From: a virus
Direction: 5' to 3' (one strand)
IMG/VR virus record: IMGVR_UViG_3300020048_000056
Coordinates: 41,798 to 105,797 of that record
Length of the DNA: 64,000 bases
The translations under genes and the position numbers were made by a program. This document shows, piece by piece, positions 41,496 through 51,970 of this stretch. The notes under the pieces are model-generated. The model saw only the letters and a list, made by a program, of their open reading frames with translations. It had not been told where the DNA came from and did not search any database. The first letter of the stretch is position 1. Each line of letters opens with the position of its first letter.

Positions 41496-42696
41496 GACAA
41501 TATCGGCAGTACTGAATGATAAGCAGATGCATGTATTGCTACAGGCAAATGTTGGACAGATGTTACGAACACACACCGATATTTGGAACTTTGTTCGTGA
41601 GTACTATGAGTCAAATCAGACAGTGCCTCCCGTTAGCATTGTCAAGCAGAAGTTCTCAGACTTTGATTATACTTCTGAGACTGGTGCGACAAAGCATCAT
41701 CTTGATGAGTTGCGTGGAGAATTCCTTAACGATAACGTAAAACTCATGCTGCGCTCTGCTGCAAGTCAGGTGCAAGACGGAGACTCAGGTCTGGCTATTG
41801 ACACGCTTATGTCAGAGACAGCACGACTCAAGCACATCACATCTACTGCACGCGATCTTGATGTATCTAATGTTGAAGATGCTGTCGCATATTATGAGAA
41901 CGTCAAGCGTATGCAGGATGCGGGAGCCTATGGAATCTACACAGGTCTAGCAGGATTTGATGATTATATGCCAACAGGCATCACTCCAGGACAGTTCGGC
42001 ATCCTTCTTGCTTACCCTGCCATCGGAAAGTCATGGATGGCTCTGTACATGGCTGTACAGGCTTGGAAGAGGGGTAAGTCACCTCTCGTAGTCAGTCTTG
42101 AGATGGCTGAGGCAGAAGTTCGTAACCGTATCTTTGCCATTATTGGCGAGGGACTGTGGAGTCATAGAAAACTATCTAGTGGAGAAGTAGAACTAGATAT
42201 GTTCCGTAAGTGGTCAGAAAAAACTTTCACAGGAAAGCCACCGTTCCATATCGTATCTAGTGATGGAATGGGAGAAGTTTCTCCATCAGTTCTTAGAGGA
42301 AAGATCGATCAGTATAAGCCTGATATTGTTTTCGTAGACTATCTTAACCTTATGACAAGTAATCAGCGCACAGATAACGAGGTAGTCAAGATGAAGAATC
42401 TATCTCGTGAACTAAAGTTGCTTGCCATGTCTGAGCAGATTCCAGTAATCGCTATTTCATCAGCAACTCCAGATGACGTTAGCAATATGAATACTGTTCC
42501 AACACTTGGTCAGACATCATGGTCACGACAGATTGCTTATGATGCCGATTTCCTTCTAGCACTAGGGCGTGCTGCTAACTCTGATGTTCTGGAATGTGTG
42601 TTTAGGAAGAACCGAAATGGATTCTTGGGTGAGTTTATGGTTCAGGTAGATTTTGATCGGGGAATCTTTAGGTATAAGGATTTTGCTCAAGGCTAA
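41479..42696 (+). CDS. dnaB: Replicative DNA helicase
   Basis: Walker A AYPAIGKS, SLEM, VFVDYL, SRELKLLA, IAYDAD, KNRNG. Confidence 0.93.
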   Translation: MNLEAKTISAVLNDKQMHVLLQANVGQMLRTHTDIWNFVREYYESNQTVPPVSIVKQKFSDFDYTSETGATKHHLDELRGEFLNDNVKLMLRSAASQVQDGDSGLAIDTLMSETARLKHITSTARDLDVSNVEDAVAYYENVKRMQDAGAYGIYTGLAGFDDYMPTGITPGQFGILLAYPAIGKSWMALYMAVQAWKRGKSPLVVSLEMAEAEVRNRIFAIIGEGLWSHRKLSSGEVELDMFRKWSEKTFTGKPPFHIVSSDGMGEVSPSVLRGKIDQYKPDIVFVDYLNLMTSNQRTDNEVVKMKNLSRELKLLAMSEQIPVIAISSATPDDVSNMNTVPTLGQTSWSRQIAYDADFLLALGRAANSDVLECVFRKNRNGFLGEFMVQVDFDRGIFRYKDFAQG

Positions 42697-42729
42697 GACT
42701 GAAAGCAATAGTACTGTATAATTTCTCAT

Positions 42730-43068
42730 ATGCAGTCATTTCTACATAAAAGGATAAGGAGATTCCATCTTGATGGTCAAATATCAGATGATATCTTCAT
42801 CCCCCGTATGAGACAAGAGTATATTAGACTGCTTGCTGATTCTATGAAAGAGGATGGATACGTCATACGTCTTGACATAGAGCCAGATTGGTCGCTATCA
42901 TATACAGGTAACTATTATGAATTTAATTTAAGCGTATATGGGTCTTTTATAGGAAAGAAGAATGCTGCATGTATAGAGGGTTTAGACAAAAACAGGCCAA
43001 TTTATATTCACCAGAGCAAGTTAGGCGAGTCCTCAATTGGTCGGGAATCGACATTGAATCAGAAGTAG
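42730..43068 (+). CDS. Hypothetical protein
   Basis: TATAAT at 42717-42722, 7 nt to ATG. Confidence 0.7.
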   Translation: MQSFLHKRIRRFHLDGQISDDIFIPRMRQEYIRLLADSMKEDGYVIRLDIEPDWSLSYTGNYYEFNLSVYGSFIGKKNAACIEGLDKNRPIYIHQSKLGESSIGRESTLNQK

Positions 43069-43913
43069 ATTCTGACTTCCTTATCTTTTGTCCTTATCAC
43101 AATAACTATCGCACTCCAGCAGGAGAGGTTAGTAAGGATACGGGTATATTCTTTTGTTTCTCCTGCCACGAGTCAAGATCAATGACTGAGTTAGTCATGC
43201 ATACAACAAGCAAGACTTATTTTGAGGTATGTAGGGTTATCGATTCTGCAAAGACAGATGTTGATATCATTGGAAATATTGATAAACTCCTTGAAGTAGA
43301 GCCAGAGTATATTCCTTTTGATGAGATCGTCATCAAGAGACTAAATAATCAGGCTTTAGAGTCTCCTAGGGCAACGAGATGTTTTGAAGGACGTTTGATA
43401 ACCAAAGACTCAATCAAGAAGTTCTCCCTTGGATATTCAGAGAAGCAAGACATGGTAACAATCCCCATGACGACTCCTGATGGCCAGACATTTGTTGGAT
43501 TTGTAGGACGTTCTATTGAAGGTAAAGAGTTTAAGAATACTCCTGGACTTCCTAAATCAAAGATTCTATTTAATCTTCATCGTGCAAAAATGTATAGTAC
43601 TGTCCACGTTGTTGAGTCAGCATTTGATGCAATTAGACTTCATCAATGTGGTGTAGCAGCAGTTGCAACCTTGGGGGCAAATGTTTCAAAAAAGCAGGTA
43701 GAATTATTGACAAAGTACTTCAACGATGTTATAATTATTCCAGATAACGATGAGGCAGGAAGGTCTATGTCTCAGAGGATTATCGATAAAATGGGTCCAA
43801 GGGCTATATCAATTGGACTCCCAAGTAGATTCAAGGATATCGGTGATCTAACAGATTCCGACATTGGAGAACTCACAAAAAGAATGAAAGACCCACTATT
43901 AGCAATGAATTAA
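42969..43913 (+). CDS. dnaG: DNA primase
   Basis: CPYH...CFSC Zn finger; VVESAFD and PDNDEAG TOPRIM motifs; KDIGD. Confidence 0.92.
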   Translation: MYRGFRQKQANLYSPEQVRRVLNWSGIDIESEVDSDFLIFCPYHNNYRTPAGEVSKDTGIFFCFSCHESRSMTELVMHTTSKTYFEVCRVIDSAKTDVDIIGNIDKLLEVEPEYIPFDEIVIKRLNNQALESPRATRCFEGRLITKDSIKKFSLGYSEKQDMVTIPMTTPDGQTFVGFVGRSIEGKEFKNTPGLPKSKILFNLHRAKMYSTVHVVESAFDAIRLHQCGVAAVATLGANVSKKQVELLTKYFNDVIIIPDNDEAGRSMSQRIIDKMGPRAISIGLPSRFKDIGDLTDSDIGELTKRMKDPLLAMN

Positions 43914-43937
43914 ACTAAAAAATAAGGAGAATATAAG

Positions 43938-44615
43938 ATGAGTATTATTAGAGGATTGAAGGCAATGGAACAACTTGAGCGCCCATCAGCAGCAGCAGGA
44001 GATGGTACAAAGGTTCGCTGGCTTAAGTTGGAAGATTCACAGAGCGCAAAGGTTCGCTTTGTAAACGAGATGGATGAAGACTCACCACATTTTGATGCGG
44101 TACGAGATCTTGCAATTGTTATTTCAGAGCATACTAATCCAAAGGATTATAAGCGTAAGGCTGTTTGTACCGTAGAGTCAGAAGGCCGTTGTTTCGGTTG
44201 TGAAATGGCTCGTAAGGAGACTATGGAGGATCGTAAGCGTGGTGGCTCGTGGCGTGCCCGTTTCCGTTTCTACACTAACCTCCTCGTTGATGATGGTATC
44301 GACACTCCCTATGTCGCAGTTTGGTCACAGGGTGTAGGAAAGCAGTCTGCGTTTAATACTCTCAAGGAGTATGCAATTGATACGGGCAGTATCAGCAATC
44401 GTCAGTGGCGCATGAAGCGTCAGGGAAGCGGTACAGATACAACGTACATTCTTCTTCCTGGCGATCCTGATACAGAGAAGTTTGATTGGAAGGACGTAGA
44501 GCCATTCAATCTAGAGAAGGTTGTTCGTGAGGTTACTTATGCAGAACAGGAATCCTATTACTTGGGATTTGATGGTCCTGCACCAAATAGCAACACTACA
44601 AACGCTGAGTGGTAA
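43938..44615 (+). CDS. Single-stranded DNA-binding protein (gp32-like)
   Basis: KVRF...H...C...C.GC, KRQGSGTDTTY; replication context. Confidence 0.75.
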   Translation: MSIIRGLKAMEQLERPSAAAGDGTKVRWLKLEDSQSAKVRFVNEMDEDSPHFDAVRDLAIVISEHTNPKDYKRKAVCTVESEGRCFGCEMARKETMEDRKRGGSWRARFRFYTNLLVDDGIDTPYVAVWSQGVGKQSAFNTLKEYAIDTGSISNRQWRMKRQGSGTDTTYILLPGDPDTEKFDWKDVEPFNLEKVVREVTYAEQESYYLGFDGPAPNSNTTNAEW

Positions 44616-44628
44616 TTTATTACTAGAG

Positions 44629-44657
44629 AGGGGGGAGGCCCATAAAGCCTCCCCCTT
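44629..44657 (+). terminator. Hairpin terminator
   Basis: AGGGGGGAGGC-CCATAAA-GCCTCCCCCTT. Confidence 0.72.
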
Positions 44658-44673
44658 ATTCTCATTTGTACTA

Positions 44674-44703
44674 TTGACAATCAACCATCTCTCATGAGAT
44701 ACT
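44674..44703 (+). promoter_or_regulatory. Promoter for dnaE
   Basis: TTGACA-N18-GATACT with a TG extension. Confidence 0.5.
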
Positions 44704-44750
44704 TATCAAATAGCAACCACATATCACAAGTAGAAACGGAATCCCAATTC

Positions 44751-47700
44751 ATGTCTAGCACAAACCCTAACGACTACGCAGCCCTCCACCTACACACAGA
44801 TATGGGCTCGCTCATGGATGGGGTAGCAACTCCAGAAGAGTATGCAGAACGTGCCAAAGACATCGGTATGACTTCCCTAGGAATTACAGATCATGGATCG
44901 CTTGCTGCTCATCGTAGGTTCGTGCGTGCAACCACTTCACGAGGGATTAAGCCTATCCTTGGCATTGAGGCATATTTCTCTCCTGACCGCTTTGATAAGC
45001 GTGACAAGAAGGAGCGAGTGGGACCACTAGACAAGAATTACCACCACCTCATTATCCTTGCTAAGAACGATCAGGGCTTAGAGAATCTTAATCGCCTCAA
45101 TGAGATTGCTTGGAACGAGGGGTTCTACAGTAAGCCTCGCATGGACTTTGATCTTCTTGATAAGTTTGGTGAGGGACTAATCATCTCCTCTGCCTGCATG
45201 GGTGGGCTTCTTAATCAGGCTATTGAGAATAATGAGTTTGCTGTTGCTAAGGATCATCTTAAGAAGTTTAGTGATCGTTTTGGTGAGGACTTCTATGTTG
45301 AGGTTATGCCACATAATCCACCAGAGATGAATCGCATCCTTATCGAACTTGCAGATACAAGTGGACTTAAGATTATTGTCACACCTGACTGCCACCATGC
45401 GACGGTAGATCAGAAGGTTATCCAAGAGATCATGCTTATTACTAATACTCACGCTAAGTTTGAGAAGGATATCTCTTATGGGGAATCTCGTAAGATTGAA
45501 GATCCTTTGGCAAGACTAGACTACCTATACGGTGAGGGCCGTATGATGAGTTTCAACAAGTTTGATATTCATCTTCTTAGTGGTGATGAGATGAGTATCG
45601 CCATGGGGGAGAACTCAAGGCCAGACATGTTCTCTAATACTCTATCTCTTGCAGACAAGGTTGAGGAGTATACGATTCAGAGGAACCTTAATCTTCTTCC
45701 TGTTGAGCATAAAGATCCTGACAAGCAGATCCGAAAGTATGCAGAATCTTGGCTTAAAGCCAACAACCTAGATACTAATGAAGAGTATGTAGATCGGATG
45801 AACGTAGAACTTGAACTCATTAAGGATAAGAAGTTTGCTTCATACTTCATCGTAGTTCAGAATATGATTAACTGGGCAAAGAAGCAGGACATTATGGTTG
45901 GTCCTGGTCGTGGATCTTCTGCTGGATCACTCGTCTGCTATGCGCTTGGTATCACAGAGATTGATCCCATCAAGTATGGACTACTCTTCTTCCGATTCAT
46001 CGACATTGATCGTGATGACTTTCCAGATATTGACTCTGATATTCAGGATAACCGACGCGAGGAAGTTAAGCAGTATCTAGAGGATCAGTATAAGCACGTT
46101 GCATCAATTGCCACGTTCCTTCAGTTCAAGGATAAGGGAGTTGTGCGTGACGTTGCACGATGCTTCAACATTCCATTGGCTGATGTTAATCGTGTACTTA
46201 AGACTGTAGACTCTTGGGAAGATTATGTATTCTCTAAGAATTCTGAGTGGTTTCGGGAGAAGTATCCAGAGGTAGAGATCTATGCTGGTCAACTCCGTGG
46301 CCGTGTCCGTGGTACAGGAGTCCATGCAGCAGGCGTTGTAACCTCAAAGATTCCTATCTCAAAGGTTGCTCCAATGGAGACTCGTAGCATTACGGGAAGT
46401 GATACAAGAATCCCTGTAGTTTCAGTTGACATGGAGGAGGCAGCAGACATTGGTCTAATTAAGATTGATGCTCTTGGCCTAAAGACCCTCACAGTCATCC
46501 ACGACACATTGGATATCATTCATGACCGTACTGGAAATCGTATTGATCTGAATAAGATTGATCTAGAAGACAAGGATGTTTACAACATGTTGTCTGATGG
46601 ATATACAAAGGGTGTGTTCCAATGTGAGGCAACCCCTTACACTAGCCTTCTCATCAAGATGGGGGTCCATAAGTTTGATGAACTCGTAGCCTCTAATGCC
46701 CTTGTACGTCCTGGTGCTATGAATACTATTGGTAAGGAATATATTGCTCGTAAGCAAGGTCGAAGTGGTACTGTATACTCTAATACAATACTGAAAGAAT
46801 TTACAGAAGATACTTACGGGTGCATTCTCTATCAGGAACAGGTCATGCTTGCTTGTACTAAGTTGGGCGGGATGACGATGGGAGAGGCAAATAAGGTTCG
46901 TAAGATCATTGGAAAGAAGCAGGATGCAACAGAATTCGACCAATTCAAAGAGTTATTTGTTCGGAATGCGACTGGGCCACTTGGTGGGGCGGCTGCTGAA
47001 AAGATGTGGTCTGATTTCGAAGCACATGCAGGATACTCATTCAATAAGTCTCATGCTGTGGCTTATTCAACAGTGTCGTACTGGACGGCGTGGCTAAAGT
47101 ACTACTACCCTCTAGAGTTTATGTTCTCTCTCTTTAAGAACGAGAAGGATAAGGATGGCCGCACAGAGTACATGATTGAGGCTAAGCGCATGGGTATTCC
47201 CCTAAGACTGCCACATGTCAATGACTCAGATGTTGACTTTAAGATTGAAGGGAAGGGTATTCGCTTTGGGCTATCTAGCATTAAGTATATTTCTGATAAG
47301 ATCTCTGAACGATATATCGAAGGCCGTCCTTTCAGTTCCTTTAAAGAAGTTGAAGAGTTTACTTTCACCAAGGGAAATGGAGTAAACTCACGAGCCCTTG
47401 AGTCTATGCGAAAGGTTGGGGCACTAACCTTCCCAGATAACCCTAGAAACCCAGAAGAGGTTAAGGAGAACATGTATGAGTATCTTAATCTTCCAGAGTT
47501 TAATATTCAGGTTCCTCAGCATTATCACGCATATATCACAAGCGTAGATGACTTTGATGAGCAGGGTGCTTATGTCCTTATGGGTATTGTTCGTAGCGTA
47601 AAGCGTGGTAAAGGTTGGAGCCGTGTAGAGATTCTGGACGGTACAGGATCGATTGGAGTGTTTGATGCAGAGGAAACTACTATTGAGCCTGGAAGAACTT

Positions 47701-48038
47701 ATATTGTTCTTGTTGGTTCTAACAGAATCGTGGAAGCGGTTCCTATCGATGAGATATCGGAAACTACATCGCCGCTTATCAGATTCCTAAACTATAAGCA
47801 ACTACCCTATGGTGAGGGTGAGTATTATGTGCTATCCTTCAAGTCAAGGCTAACAAAGGCCAATAAAAGAATGGGCACGTTAGTGGTTGCTGATGGGGGC
47901 AGAGATCTATTATCAATGATCGTCTTCCCATCTAACTTTGCAATGGCATACACAAGACTAGAAGAGGGTAGTGCCTATAAGATCAACTATAGTATCTCAA
48001 AAGATGAGGACTTAGTATTTCAAGAGGTGGTAGTGTGA
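44751..48038 (+). CDS. dnaE: DNA polymerase III alpha subunit
   Basis: PHP motifs LHLHT and ITDHG; GPGRGSSAGS, PDIDSD, HAAGVV, KIDALGL, FNKSHA; no intein visible. Confidence 0.96.
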   Translation: MSSTNPNDYAALHLHTDMGSLMDGVATPEEYAERAKDIGMTSLGITDHGSLAAHRRFVRATTSRGIKPILGIEAYFSPDRFDKRDKKERVGPLDKNYHHLIILAKNDQGLENLNRLNEIAWNEGFYSKPRMDFDLLDKFGEGLIISSACMGGLLNQAIENNEFAVAKDHLKKFSDRFGEDFYVEVMPHNPPEMNRILIELADTSGLKIIVTPDCHHATVDQKVIQEIMLITNTHAKFEKDISYGESRKIEDPLARLDYLYGEGRMMSFNKFDIHLLSGDEMSIAMGENSRPDMFSNTLSLADKVEEYTIQRNLNLLPVEHKDPDKQIRKYAESWLKANNLDTNEEYVDRMNVELELIKDKKFASYFIVVQNMINWAKKQDIMVGPGRGSSAGSLVCYALGITEIDPIKYGLLFFRFIDIDRDDFPDIDSDIQDNRREEVKQYLEDQYKHVASIATFLQFKDKGVVRDVARCFNIPLADVNRVLKTVDSWEDYVFSKNSEWFREKYPEVEIYAGQLRGRVRGTGVHAAGVVTSKIPISKVAPMETRSITGSDTRIPVVSVDMEEAADIGLIKIDALGLKTLTVIHDTLDIIHDRTGNRIDLNKIDLEDKDVYNMLSDGYTKGVFQCEATPYTSLLIKMGVHKFDELVASNALVRPGAMNTIGKEYIARKQGRSGTVYSNTILKEFTEDTYGCILYQEQVMLACTKLGGMTMGEANKVRKIIGKKQDATEFDQFKELFVRNATGPLGGAAAEKMWSDFEAHAGYSFNKSHAVAYSTVSYWTAWLKYYYPLEFMFSLFKNEKDKDGRTEYMIEAKRMGIPLRLPHVNDSDVDFKIEGKGIRFGLSSIKYISDKISERYIEGRPFSSFKEVEEFTFTKGNGVNSRALESMRKVGALTFPDNPRNPEEVKENMYEYLNLPEFNIQVPQHYHAYITSVDDFDEQGAYVLMGIVRSVKRGKGWSRVEILDGTGSIGVFDAEETTIEPGRTYIVLVGSNRIVEAVPIDEISETTSPLIRFLNYKQLPYGEGEYYVLSFKSRLTKANKRMGTLVVADGGRDLLSMIVFPSNFAMAYTRLEEGSAYKINYSISKDEDLVFQEVVV

Positions 48039-48466
48039 ATCCTTTTGATATAGCGGTAGATGCAATAAATAATGGATACTTTACACCAATAACTAAAGGT
48101 AAAAGGAAAAGAAATAATACTATGGAGGAGATTGAAATGAATTTTGATACATGGGCCAAAGAAATCCATGAGACATCAGTAGAGAAAGGATTTTGGGAGC
48201 CTAATAACGAAGAGACTCACATCATCTTTTATCTAAAGCAGATTGCAATGATCCATTCAGAGTGTTCTGAGGTTTTGGAGGCAATTAGAAAAGAAAAGGG
48301 TGACGATCAAGTAGTTGAAGAACTAGCAGACATTATCATTCGTACTCTTGATCTCTATGAAGGCTTGAAGGTAGATGGATATACAGAAGAGTCCCTTCAT
48401 CAGGTCATGCGTAGGAAAACCACCATTAACCGACAGAGAGGGCAGATGCACGGGGTGCTAGCCTGA
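48035..48466 (+). CDS. mazG: MazG-like nucleotide pyrophosphohydrolase (real start probably 48137)
   Basis: HSECSEVLEAIRK...EELADIIIR.LD; GGAGGAG SD before ATG 48137. Confidence 0.82.
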   Translation: MNPFDIAVDAINNGYFTPITKGKRKRNNTMEEIEMNFDTWAKEIHETSVEKGFWEPNNEETHIIFYLKQIAMIHSECSEVLEAIRKEKGDDQVVEELADIIIRTLDLYEGLKVDGYTEESLHQVMRRKTTINRQRGQMHGVLA

Positions 48467-49482
48467 TGACTGACATTAATGAGATCCTTGCACAACTTAA
48501 TCCAAAATTGCGTAAGAGACTCACCCTTGGATCAGAGGTAGAGGCAACAACATTTGCAAAGACTCCATCATTTGGACTCAATCGTGCGCTCAACGGTGGA
48601 CTCCCATACGGAAGGCAAGTCCTTATTTATGGGAATAAGTCTGCTGGGAAGTCATCATTCTGCCTACAACTCATTGCAGATGCTCAAAAGGAAGGTAAGG
48701 TGTGTGCATGGATCGACGCAGAAATGTCATATTCCACAGAATGGGCTTCAGCATTAGGCGTAGACAACGAAACGCTTATTCACTCAACAGCACGCACCAT
48801 GAACGATATGGTAGATGTTGGTACAGAACTTATGAAGGCAGGAGTAGACATCATTGTCGTGGATAGTATTTCTGCTCTTCTTCCTGCTATCTATTTTGAG
48901 AAGGACTCTAATGATCTCAAACAACTGGAGAATACTAAGCAGATTGGTGCTGAATCAAGAGATATGGCTAATGCAGTAAAGATGCTTAACTATGCAAATA
49001 ATCGTGGTAATCAAACATTGCTTATCTTTATCTCTCAGATTAGAAATAGTTTCGGATCAATGCATGTGTCTCATGAACCTACTGGTGGTCATGCCACAAA
49101 GTTCTACTCATCAACGATCATTAAGTTATTCTCTAGTCAGTCAGACAACCAAGCAATCAAGGGGAAGATATACATTAACGATAAAGTCCTTGAGGAAAAG
49201 GTTGGTCGTAAGGTTCGTTGGGATGTTCAATTCTCAAAGACAAGTCCTGCATTCCAAAGTGGGGAGTATGACTTTTATTTCCGTGGAGATGATGTTGGCA
49301 TCGATACTATTGCAGATCTAGTTGACACAGCAGAAGGAATTGGGGTTATTGAAAGAGGTGGTGCTTGGTATACCGTCGAAGGAGAACGTTTCCAAGGAAG
49401 AGACAAGTTAGTCTTGGGAGTTAAAGAAAACCTAGATCTCCAAGATCTATTAATCAAGAAGGTAAATGATGAACAAGTATAG
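48466..49482 (+). CDS. recA: RecA/UvsX recombinase
   Basis: GGLPYGR, GNKSAGKS, WIDAE, IVVDS, FISQIR, TGGHATKFYSS. Confidence 0.95.
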   Translation: MTDINEILAQLNPKLRKRLTLGSEVEATTFAKTPSFGLNRALNGGLPYGRQVLIYGNKSAGKSSFCLQLIADAQKEGKVCAWIDAEMSYSTEWASALGVDNETLIHSTARTMNDMVDVGTELMKAGVDIIVVDSISALLPAIYFEKDSNDLKQLENTKQIGAESRDMANAVKMLNYANNRGNQTLLIFISQIRNSFGSMHVSHEPTGGHATKFYSSTIIKLFSSQSDNQAIKGKIYINDKVLEEKVGRKVRWDVQFSKTSPAFQSGEYDFYFRGDDVGIDTIADLVDTAEGIGVIERGGAWYTVEGERFQGRDKLVLGVKENLDLQDLLIKKVNDEQV

Positions 49483-49663
49483 TAATCCTACAAAAAAGAT
49501 TCCATCTGCACCAAAGTTTACTGTTTATGATGGAGTTTTTCCTTGTCAAAAATGCAAAGTCGATGTTGATAAGGCTAGATTTTGGAAGGATACATTTGAC
49601 TTTACTTGGATGTGCGAATGTAGATTCGTATCAAAGGTAAATCTTTATGGGCGAGGATACTAA
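49466..49663 (+). CDS. Small Zn-binding protein
   Basis: CQKC...CEC; coupled to its neighbours. Confidence 0.6.
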   Translation: MMNKYSNPTKKIPSAPKFTVYDGVFPCQKCKVDVDKARFWKDTFDFTWMCECRFVSKVNLYGRGY

Positions 49664-49992
49664 TGGCTGACTACAAGGCAAGCAATAAGACTGAAGCCTC
49701 AGAACTTAAGCGTATGGGGGCCAAGGTCCACAAAAATAGTGGGAGGGGACAGGTTAAGGGTGATGGAAGTACGGATGAGTTTGTGGTTGATGTAAAAGAA
49801 TACAGTAAGTCATATTCTATATCAATTGATAACTGGGCAAAAATCTGTACAGATTCGATGAAGGTCGATAAAAGTAAGTCACCAATGCTGCAACTCGTTC
49901 TACGAGATGGAAATAGGGTAATTCGATTATCGGTGATAGAATGGTCTATCCTAGAAGATCTAATAGAGAGGGCAAACCGTGACGACGCTTGA
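49663..49992 (+). CDS. PD-(D/E)XK Holliday-junction resolvase-like nuclease
   Basis: E...NSG....KGD......DVK. Confidence 0.72.
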   Translation: MADYKASNKTEASELKRMGAKVHKNSGRGQVKGDGSTDEFVVDVKEYSKSYSISIDNWAKICTDSMKVDKSKSPMLQLVLRDGNRVIRLSVIEWSILEDLIERANRDDA

Positions 49993-50275
49993 ACAACTTA
50001 GTGATCTATATGATATTGCTGAGTATATGAATGATCCAGATCTAACCTTGGCGCTTGAGTTTATTGCAAAGGTAGTAATTAAACCAGATATTCCTATTCA
50101 AGTTGTTGCAGTTGAGTTAGTTAGACTGCAAGCCATAGCCGCAAAGATGGCTATGAAGGCTACATGGATGGCTAATGTCGATAAGAGTGATAGAGCCAAA
50201 AAAAATATGTACTACACAGCATCATCAGAAATTGATAAACTTGTAGGATCACTTAAGTATTTGGTCCGTTTGTGA
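49979..50275 (+). CDS. Hypothetical protein
   Basis: GTGA-coupled ORF. Confidence 0.65.
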   Translation: MTTLEQLSDLYDIAEYMNDPDLTLALEFIAKVVIKPDIPIQVVAVELVRLQAIAAKMAMKATWMANVDKSDRAKKNMYYTASSEIDKLVGSLKYLVRL

Positions 50276-50358
50276 TATAGTGTTATCCGTATAGATAATA
50301 ACCAAATAACGCCTACCTCTTGGATATCCCACAGGTAGCATACAACAGAAGGAATCAC

Positions 50359-51126
50359 ATGGCTAAGAATTTTCTAAAGCAGGTTATCAATAAGCCACCA
50401 GAGTCAGCGATTGACACTAAGGCATTTATTGAAAGAGTTGAATCAGGATACACAGCAGGTAATGGATATAGTTTTAAGACTAAGAAGACATTCAGCCCAT
50501 CAGCACTTGTGTATGGCAATGGAGCATGTCCTCGTTACTGGTTCCTAGCGTTCACAGGGGTAGAGTTTCTTAATGATAACGATGCCTATTCAATTGCTAA
50601 CATGGCAAGTGGAACACTAGGCCACGAGCGTATCCAGAAAGCAATTACAGACGCAGGAATCATGGTTGAGATGGAGAAGCGTATCGTTGCTCAAGATCCT
50701 CCAATCTTTGGTTTTGCTGATGCCATTGTTCAGTGGGGTGAAGAGCAGCCTGTAGTTGAAATTAAGACTATGCGTGAAGAATCATTCGCGTATCGCAAGT
50801 ATGCAAAGCCACCGTCTTACCACCTTATGCAGTTGGCTATTTACATGAAGGTTCTTGGAAAGAAGTTAGGCATCCTTCTTTATGAGAATAAGAACTCTCA
50901 TGAACTGCACGCCATTACTGTTGAGCCAACACCAGAACTCATTGCTTGGGGCGAGTATGCTTTCCAGTGGATGCGTGATGTTCGTTCACAGTGGGAAAGC
51001 GGAGACATTCCCAAGAAGACCTATCGATCAAACTCAAAGGTCTGTGGTGGATGCCCCGTCAGAGAGGCTTGTACAGCCGCTGACAAGGGTACAGTTAAGA
51101 TTGAGCCCTTGGAGTACCTTGCATGA
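50359..51126 (+). CDS. Cas4-like PD-(D/E)XK exonuclease
   Basis: SPS...CPR, GTLGHERIQ, GFADAI, EIKT, QLAIY, C..CP....C Fe-S motif. Confidence 0.88.
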   Translation: MAKNFLKQVINKPPESAIDTKAFIERVESGYTAGNGYSFKTKKTFSPSALVYGNGACPRYWFLAFTGVEFLNDNDAYSIANMASGTLGHERIQKAITDAGIMVEMEKRIVAQDPPIFGFADAIVQWGEEQPVVEIKTMREESFAYRKYAKPPSYHLMQLAIYMKVLGKKLGILLYENKNSHELHAITVEPTPELIAWGEYAFQWMRDVRSQWESGDIPKKTYRSNSKVCGGCPVREACTAADKGTVKIEPLEYLA

Positions 51127-51416
51127 AGGTGTGCGACTGGTGTTCCCATGAATTCCAGCCTAATGTAAGTTATCAGATTTACTGCTCAGTTGAGTGTAGG
51201 GCTTCTGCTACAAAGGAAAAAGTAAAAGAACTCTATAAAACAAAACGTACTAAAAGACTTATGGTAAAAGAGCGCAGATGTTCTAACGGATGTGGAACAC
51301 TTCTTAGTGGATACAACAGTTCTACCATCTGTAGTTCTTGTAATATTAATAGAAAGCAAGTTGACAAGACTCTAAAAGAATTAAGGGGGTTTATAGATTA
51401 TGAAAGGCTTGATTAA
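51123..51416 (+). CDS. Zn-finger protein
   Basis: CDWC...YCSVEC...C...C...CSSC. Confidence 0.7.
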   Translation: MKVCDWCSHEFQPNVSYQIYCSVECRASATKEKVKELYKTKRTKRLMVKERRCSNGCGTLLSGYNSSTICSSCNINRKQVDKTLKELRGFIDYERLD

Positions 51417-51966
51417 TAAACCAGATAGTTTTGTCAGTATCGATGCCAGTACGAATAGTTTAGCCTTTGCATATTTTAAGCAGGATAGTTTAATAAGGTA
51501 TGGAAAGATAAAGTATTTTGGTAATGACATCTATGAAAAGATTTCAGATACATCACACAAAACTCAAGCATTTTTTAAGCAATTCTCTGAACTAGAGTAT
51601 CTTCTCATTGAGCAACCTATTTACCTTAACTCACCAAAGACAGCAGCCAACTTATCTATGAGTCATGGGGCTCTTGTTGGATCTGCTGCTTTGGCTGGGG
51701 TAAAGCATATGGCTAGCGTAAGCCCTATGCAATGGCAAAATTGGATAGGCAATGGAAGACTTACTATTGTAGAAAAGGATATTATCCGTAAAGAGACTCC
51801 AAACAAATCAGAGTCTTGGTATAAATCTAAAGAAAGAGAATTTCGAAAGAGCAGAACTATTAAATTTGTCAATGAGAAGTTTAATCTAAAAGTTGATGAT
51901 GACGATATTGCAGATTCAATTGCTATTGGATCTTGGGCTGTTGACAATTGGAACAAGGTATTCTAA
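51400..51966 (+). CDS. ruvC: RuvC-like resolvase
   Basis: SIDAST, LLIEQP, DDIADSIAIG. Confidence 0.85.
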   Translation: MKGLINKPDSFVSIDASTNSLAFAYFKQDSLIRYGKIKYFGNDIYEKISDTSHKTQAFFKQFSELEYLLIEQPIYLNSPKTAANLSMSHGALVGSAALAGVKHMASVSPMQWQNWIGNGRLTIVEKDIIRKETPNKSESWYKSKEREFRKSRTIKFVNEKFNLKVDDDDIADSIAIGSWAVDNWNKVF

Positions 51967-51970
51967 GATT

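Noticed and set aside
50359-51126. CRISPR-Cas system suggested by the Cas4-like gene
   Set aside because: No repeat-spacer array or other cas genes; solo Cas4-like nucleases are common in phage recombination modules.
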